DNA of 64,000 nucleotides from Chamaesiphon sp. (GTDB taxonomy: Bacteria; Cyanobacteriota; Cyanobacteriia; Cyanobacteriales; Chamaesiphonaceae). Both the position numbers and the translations under genes were made by a program. The stretch's first letter is position 1; each line of letters begins with the position of its first letter. The stretch spans positions 73,044 through 137,043 of the forward strand of contig CBDFFH010000044.1 in NCBI GenBank assembly GCA_965246715.1, read 5' to 3'. Shown here piece after piece: positions 59,342 to 64,000 of this stretch. The notes beneath the pieces are model-generated. The model saw only the letters and a list, made by a program, of their open reading frames with translations, made no database searches and was not told the origin of the DNA.

Positions 59342-60052
59342 ATGAGTCAGTTTCAGCAAGAATTTATTACAACAGCGATCGAGCATTACGGTTTAGAACT
59401 CGAAGACGATTATCGTTCTGAGGCACTATCCCAACGAGTCGATCTTATTGTTGTGACATGGTTTCAAAACTACGATCCGGCTTGGGTTGTCAAAGCGCTG
59501 ATCGAATCCCTATATCGCGGACGTTACAAAGTTAAGTCTGTCGATAATATTCTTCGCGATTGGCAGCGACGGGGCAGCCCATTTTATAAGTTTACGCCCG
59601 ATTACGAGCGCGAAATTTTGCAGAGCTTGCGCCTGACATTAGATAGCCCGATAACTTCGCTCCCTTCACCCATCCCCGCCCCAGTTAGCAACCCCGAGCG
59701 AGAATTACCAGTCACCACTTCGCAGCTACCCAACAGCGAGCAGCTTAACCCCGAAGAGTCTGCACCTTTTCAGCATCACGATCGATCGATTTCAGCAGCA
59801 CGCGCCACCAACGATCGAGATGCCAATTTATCAGCTGAATTAGCACAAACTATGCCTGTATCCACTACGGATGCCGAGACATTAGATCGATCGATCTCGT
59901 TAATCCCATCAGTCGCCGAGCAGAGAACCGAGCGAGAGCCAAGCGGTATCGGCCACTGTACGCCACCTGGAAAATTATATCTATTTAATAAACTTCGGGC
60001 GATCGTCGAACCTAGCGGTTGTCACAACGAAGACATCCAACATTCTGTTTAA
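59342..60052 (+). CDS. Conserved cyanobacterial hypothetical protein
   Basis: W...Y...WV..ALIESLYRGRYK..SV..IL..WQRRG.P N-terminal domain; low-complexity tail. Confidence 0.7.
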   Translation: MSQFQQEFITTAIEHYGLELEDDYRSEALSQRVDLIVVTWFQNYDPAWVVKALIESLYRGRYKVKSVDNILRDWQRRGSPFYKFTPDYEREILQSLRLTLDSPITSLPSPIPAPVSNPERELPVTTSQLPNSEQLNPEESAPFQHHDRSISAARATNDRDANLSAELAQTMPVSTTDAETLDRSISLIPSVAEQRTEREPSGIGHCTPPGKLYLFNKLRAIVEPSGCHNEDIQHSV

Positions 60053-60137
60053 AAATCTGCTAGTTATGCGTTGAAGTTTAGCGCTTCCCCTCCATCTTAT
60101 TCATACCCCAATTCAGCAACGCCCAGTACTTTGACAA

Positions 60138-60419
60138 TTAGGCTGCTTCGAGCGGTGCCATCGTCAATCCAGCGCGGCGCAACTGTTGGTGGTAGAGTTC
60201 GGCTTGCTCCTGCGGCCCGACCCAAACGATCGCGCTACCTTCAAAATGTACTTGATTTGTCAGCTCCCAGGCATGTTCTTCGTTCATACCAGGAATGTAC
60301 GCGATCAAACAAGAGTGAACGTGCTCGAAAGTATTAAAGTCATCATCTAAGACAATGACTTTAAAGTTTGGATAAGGTTTTTGGATCGTTTGACTGGACT
60401 TTTCAGTCGTTGAAACCAT
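60138..60419 (-). CDS. clpS: ATP-dependent Clp protease adaptor
   Basis: KVIVLDDDFNTFEHV, VHFEGSAIVW, EQAELY. Confidence 0.93.
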   Translation of the reverse strand: MVSTTEKSSQTIQKPYPNFKVIVLDDDFNTFEHVHSCLIAYIPGMNEEHAWELTNQVHFEGSAIVWVGPQEQAELYHQQLRRAGLTMAPLEAA

Positions 60420-60617
60420 ATTTAGAATTATGAATGATGAATTATGAGTTGTGAATTAGGCGCAATCTTAGCGAACTATCGCTCGACTATGATTCATTAC
60501 TAATACTTAGTTTGCACTAGCTACTAGGAATCGCCCTGCGGTCTAATGAGTATTCTTCAGGAACACTCTTATAGTATATTCATAATTGATAATTCATCAT
60601 TCATAATTACCCATTTA

Positions 60618-62693
60618 TTATTTCCATTCTTTCCAATTGTTATTCAAGATCGATGTGTTGGGGAAAGAAGTGGGATTGTTATGGTCTTCTAACCGCCTGC
60701 GTAATTCGAGAATTTGCGGGGCGGGATTGGGGAGATCGGCCACCATCTGGGCCGGGGTGATGCCTTTTTCCAGGGCGAAGGCAGCAGTTGTACCAGCAGC
60801 GGCACCTGCCGACCATTCAAATGAATGGATGCGGTAAGCAGCGGCGGCGACGTGACTGGTGGCGATACTTTTGCCAGCGACCAGCATATTATCGATCTTT
60901 TGCGGAATCATCGCGCGGAGTGGAATTTGGAAGGGATAAGCTTCGCCGCCACCCTGCCGCGCGCCCACACGCTCGCTATTAGTTGGCGACTCGGGTGGAC
61001 TGTTTTGCATACAGGGGTGAAAATCGATCGCATAATGGCCGATGCCCACAGTGTCAGCATAGATCCGAGCGCGATTTCTAGTGGTCTTAGTCTCGCCTGG
61101 GGTATTTTCGGTGAGTACGTTTATCGCGTCAATCCCAGCTAAATCCGCTCTGAGCTGGCGATATTCGTCAGTTGATAGTAGTGGCATTTTTTTGCGATCG
61201 AGTAGGTTATGCCGGCTCATATCTGCTTCTGTGATGACAAAGCCATCTTTATACCCATAAGTAGGTCTACCGATCAGCCTGCGACCCTCGCGAATGTAGG
61301 GATATTTTGATAAACCATGAGCTGTACCCATGGGGGTATCCAAGCCAAATAGATACCGTTGATTGGGATTGGGAGTTTTTACCCAGTAATTTGGCGAGTT
61401 GGGGTCGGGATTGGCGCGCGAATCTGTCGTGCCTGCGACCAGCCAATAATAGAAACCAAGGGCGTTTTCCTCGCCTTTGCGGAGAGTCTCAGTTCGCAAA
61501 CCACCCATCCAGCCACCACTGCTCAATTGACCCGAGGTTTGCAGTTGCGATCGATCGAGAATCAAATTATCTTGCGGACTGCCAGGGCGATAATCGTTCC
61601 CCCAAGTCCAGTTTTGCATCGAGATATCTCCAGGGCTAGGAGCGGTATAATTAATTCCACCATATTTAGTCTTTTTACCTTCGCCAGGACTCCAAATCCT
61701 TCGATAGCTATAGACTACCCCAAAGTCCGCAAGACGTTTGAGTTCGTAGCTATAATACGGCGAGTACTGTTGATAAAAAGGTGGTGGGATTTGCGGTTGT
61801 GGGGTAACGGTTGTCTCCATGGCAAATGGATAGGTAAACCCCTGAGTGCAATAAGGATCGCCGGTAGTCGTCGCCGCCGAAGGCTCGTCCGAAGAGCGCG
61901 CATCGAGTCCCAATCGATAGGGCACATCGGCTAAGCCGATCAATTCGCCTGTTTCGGTAGCATCGACAACATACCAATCGGCCGGAGTTGTTGCCCGCTG
62001 TTTGGACGTTTTGTAAGGTGAGACGAAGACGATCTTGCGTTTCTGAAACCGTGGTGAATCCTGATAACTATAAGCATCCTCGATCGTTTTCGAGAGTGTT
62101 TCGCTATTGACAGGAGGAGTTCCGGGTTGAGGTAGATGTTGAATCGCTACTACCGCATTAATTTGCTGACCCTCGCCTCTTTTCTCCGTAATTAAATCTT
62201 TGACGACGGTATTGGGATACCAGTGTAATTTACCTTTGCCCTTACTTTCGGCAGTGCGTAACATCCCGTAGAGAATCTTACTGGCATCTTTGGGGAGGAA
62301 ACAAGCTTCACTCACCCAACATTTCCCAGGATTGAGTGTGCCATAGTAGTCTTGAATCTGTTGGCGGAATTCGAGATAACCGCGTGGGAAGTATTTTTTC
62401 GATCGTTGGGTAGGGCGTTCGTCTAGTGCGGATACCCCTTGAGCGGTAATTTGTCCGCCGACCCAATCGGTGATCTCGGTCATACAGACTTGTTTGCCTG
62501 CAAGTAATCCTTCATACGCGGTAGCTGTACCACTCAAGCCACCGCCTGCGATAAATATATCACAAGCGATGACTTTATCGACTTGTTTATATTCTTTGTT
62601 ATTAGCAGCAAAAGCGGGCAAATAAGCTAACTCGATCGAAATTAAGCCCAAACATAGAACAGTTAAAGATCTTTTCATTATTTGGATTGTCAA
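60618..62693 (-). CDS. Secreted FAD-dependent oxidoreductase
   Basis: AGGGLSG, DATETGE, YPYIREGRR, PFQIPLRAMIP, AAYRIH. Confidence 0.85.
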   Translation of the reverse strand: MTIQIMKRSLTVLCLGLISIELAYLPAFAANNKEYKQVDKVIACDIFIAGGGLSGTATAYEGLLAGKQVCMTEITDWVGGQITAQGVSALDERPTQRSKKYFPRGYLEFRQQIQDYYGTLNPGKCWVSEACFLPKDASKILYGMLRTAESKGKGKLHWYPNTVVKDLITEKRGEGQQINAVVAIQHLPQPGTPPVNSETLSKTIEDAYSYQDSPRFQKRKIVFVSPYKTSKQRATTPADWYVVDATETGELIGLADVPYRLGLDARSSDEPSAATTTGDPYCTQGFTYPFAMETTVTPQPQIPPPFYQQYSPYYSYELKRLADFGVVYSYRRIWSPGEGKKTKYGGINYTAPSPGDISMQNWTWGNDYRPGSPQDNLILDRSQLQTSGQLSSGGWMGGLRTETLRKGEENALGFYYWLVAGTTDSRANPDPNSPNYWVKTPNPNQRYLFGLDTPMGTAHGLSKYPYIREGRRLIGRPTYGYKDGFVITEADMSRHNLLDRKKMPLLSTDEYRQLRADLAGIDAINVLTENTPGETKTTRNRARIYADTVGIGHYAIDFHPCMQNSPPESPTNSERVGARQGGGEAYPFQIPLRAMIPQKIDNMLVAGKSIATSHVAAAAYRIHSFEWSAGAAAGTTAAFALEKGITPAQMVADLPNPAPQILELRRRLEDHNNPTSFPNTSILNNNWKEWK

Positions 62694-62827
62694 TTAGGTA
62701 AATGCGGGGTTGGGAAGCAATTACTAGAGTGAAGATACTTTCTCTCTAGAGTAATCCTAACCTACACCCGCTCGCTCGATCGCATATCAAGCGCCCTCAT
62801 TCTGACCATCCTCAAATTGAAAAGTTC

Positions 62828-63583
62828 CTAAATCCCTGCCCCATAAAGGAATTGCCGAATAACTTTATCATCTAAATGACAGCTAGGATGGAACTCTATA
62901 TCCTCTGCTGAGGGCGTTTCTTCGCCCCGCACGATCGCATTACAAGTCTGTTCTGTTTGCAATTTCTGAACTTGTTGCTCTAGACTCTCGATTCGATCGA
63001 CCAATGCCCGAATTACTTCTGCTTCCGTATCTGGAAGACTACCATGTTCTAACGGCCCGACGCGCTCGCCCGCCCGATATAAAATCCGCCCGGGAATCCC
63101 TACTACAGTACAATCGCTCGGTACGTCTCGCAATACTACCGAACCCGCACCGATCCGGACGTTACTCCCAATTTGGAGATTACCTAATACTTTTGCGCCC
63201 GCGCCCACGACGACATTTTCGCCCAGTGTGGGGTGCCGTTTGCCCATTTCTTTACCTGTACCGCCTAACGTCACGCCCTGATAAATCAGCGCATAATCGC
63301 CGACAATCGCCGTCTCACCGATGACCACACCCATCCCATGATCGATAAATACCCCCTTACCAATCGTCGCACCAGGGTGAATCTCAATCCCCGTAAAAAA
63401 TCGTGCCAGATGCGACATCAGGCGAGGAAAAAATGGGATCCCAATCACATACAACCAATGGGCGAACCGATGCAGTGACAGCGCTTGCAAGCCGGGATAA
63501 CAAAAGAGCACTTCTACCCAGTTACGTGCAGCAGGATCGCGATCGAAGATGATGCGGAAGTCAGCGATGAGGTAAGAGAGCAC
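62828..63583 (-). CDS. cysE: Serine O-acetyltransferase
   Basis: [29 protein letters not shown]. Confidence 0.95.
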   Translation of the reverse strand: MLSYLIADFRIIFDRDPAARNWVEVLFCYPGLQALSLHRFAHWLYVIGIPFFPRLMSHLARFFTGIEIHPGATIGKGVFIDHGMGVVIGETAIVGDYALIYQGVTLGGTGKEMGKRHPTLGENVVVGAGAKVLGNLQIGSNVRIGAGSVVLRDVPSDCTVVGIPGRILYRAGERVGPLEHGSLPDTEAEVIRALVDRIESLEQQVQKLQTEQTCNAIVRGEETPSAEDIEFHPSCHLDDKVIRQFLYGAGI

Positions 63584-63859
63584 GGTAAGCGTTCCATTAT
63601 CGTGAGGAGACTACTACTATTTTAGCGGTTATCTGTCGATCGATCCCAGTCGGGCTTACCGAATCACATTCGATCGCGAATATCTAGAAATATGTAATCG
63701 TTATTCGATCGAGAAAGACTTACCTGGAGGTGGATTTTAGCGAACCTATTTAGCAACAGATACCCATTAAGGCGATCTCTGTGAATAAAAGTACCCGCCC
63801 TGTTGGTTTCGACTACGCTCAACCCTCAACGGAGATATATTCTTTATCGGGAATCACCT

Positions 63860-63991
63860 AACAACAGTTCGGGATAAGGAAAATTGATTTGCTCCGTTCA
63901 AGCACCGCCCTGAACTAGAAGTTCGGGATTATCAAACGATGCTAGGAGTCATCACTCGATCGTTCGTTAATCCTTATCCCGAACTGACGTT
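63860..63991. mobile_element. MITE family A copy 5 (internally deleted relative of copy 1)
   Basis: cagttcgggataaggaaaattgatttgctccg shared with 9977; right end ccttatcccgaactgacgtt; left end degenerate. Confidence 0.8.
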
Positions 63992-64000
63992 CATTAGCTA

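Noticed and set aside
60424..60609. TTATGAA-type heptamer runs as a regulatory RNA
   Set aside because: Ordinary cyanobacterial short tandem repeats, as at ~11275-11310 and ~53965-54020.

Overview
Cyanobacterial chromosome segment. The very high density of CGATCG-core palindromes (GCGATCGC/TCGATCGA) and the gene content suggest a Chamaesiphon-like organism (inference). Most of the window is housekeeping (pyrE, sat, mtnP, putA, aroC, phosphoketolase, DAHP synthase, folD, clpS, cysE, ntcB-like LysR) plus signalling and secreted proteins. Two accessory regions stand out. (1) 1-7055: an uncharacterised STM4011-STM4015-type cluster (two STM4015-like LRR proteins, a doubly frameshifted STM4013-like hydrolase, two radical SAM enzymes). 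It converges on an LRR-DUF6745-like gene and a small His-rich protein, with a decayed RAYT transposase inside the operon. (2) 32650-41150: phosphoketolase followed by a ~4.8 kb island (HigB/HigA-like pair, gene remnants, secreted lectin-like/C39-like peptidase, divergent wHTH-NB-ARC protein). The island is closed by a ~770 bp second copy of the phosphoketolase 3' part. Intergenic DNA carries several nested miniature mobile element families, including MITEs with visible target-site duplications and 22-24 nt inserts that split CGATCG sites, some in frame inside genes. No CRISPR array, tRNA or rRNA was recognised. All family assignments come from motif recognition by eye, not database searches. 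Several single-base frameshifts could be sequencing errors.
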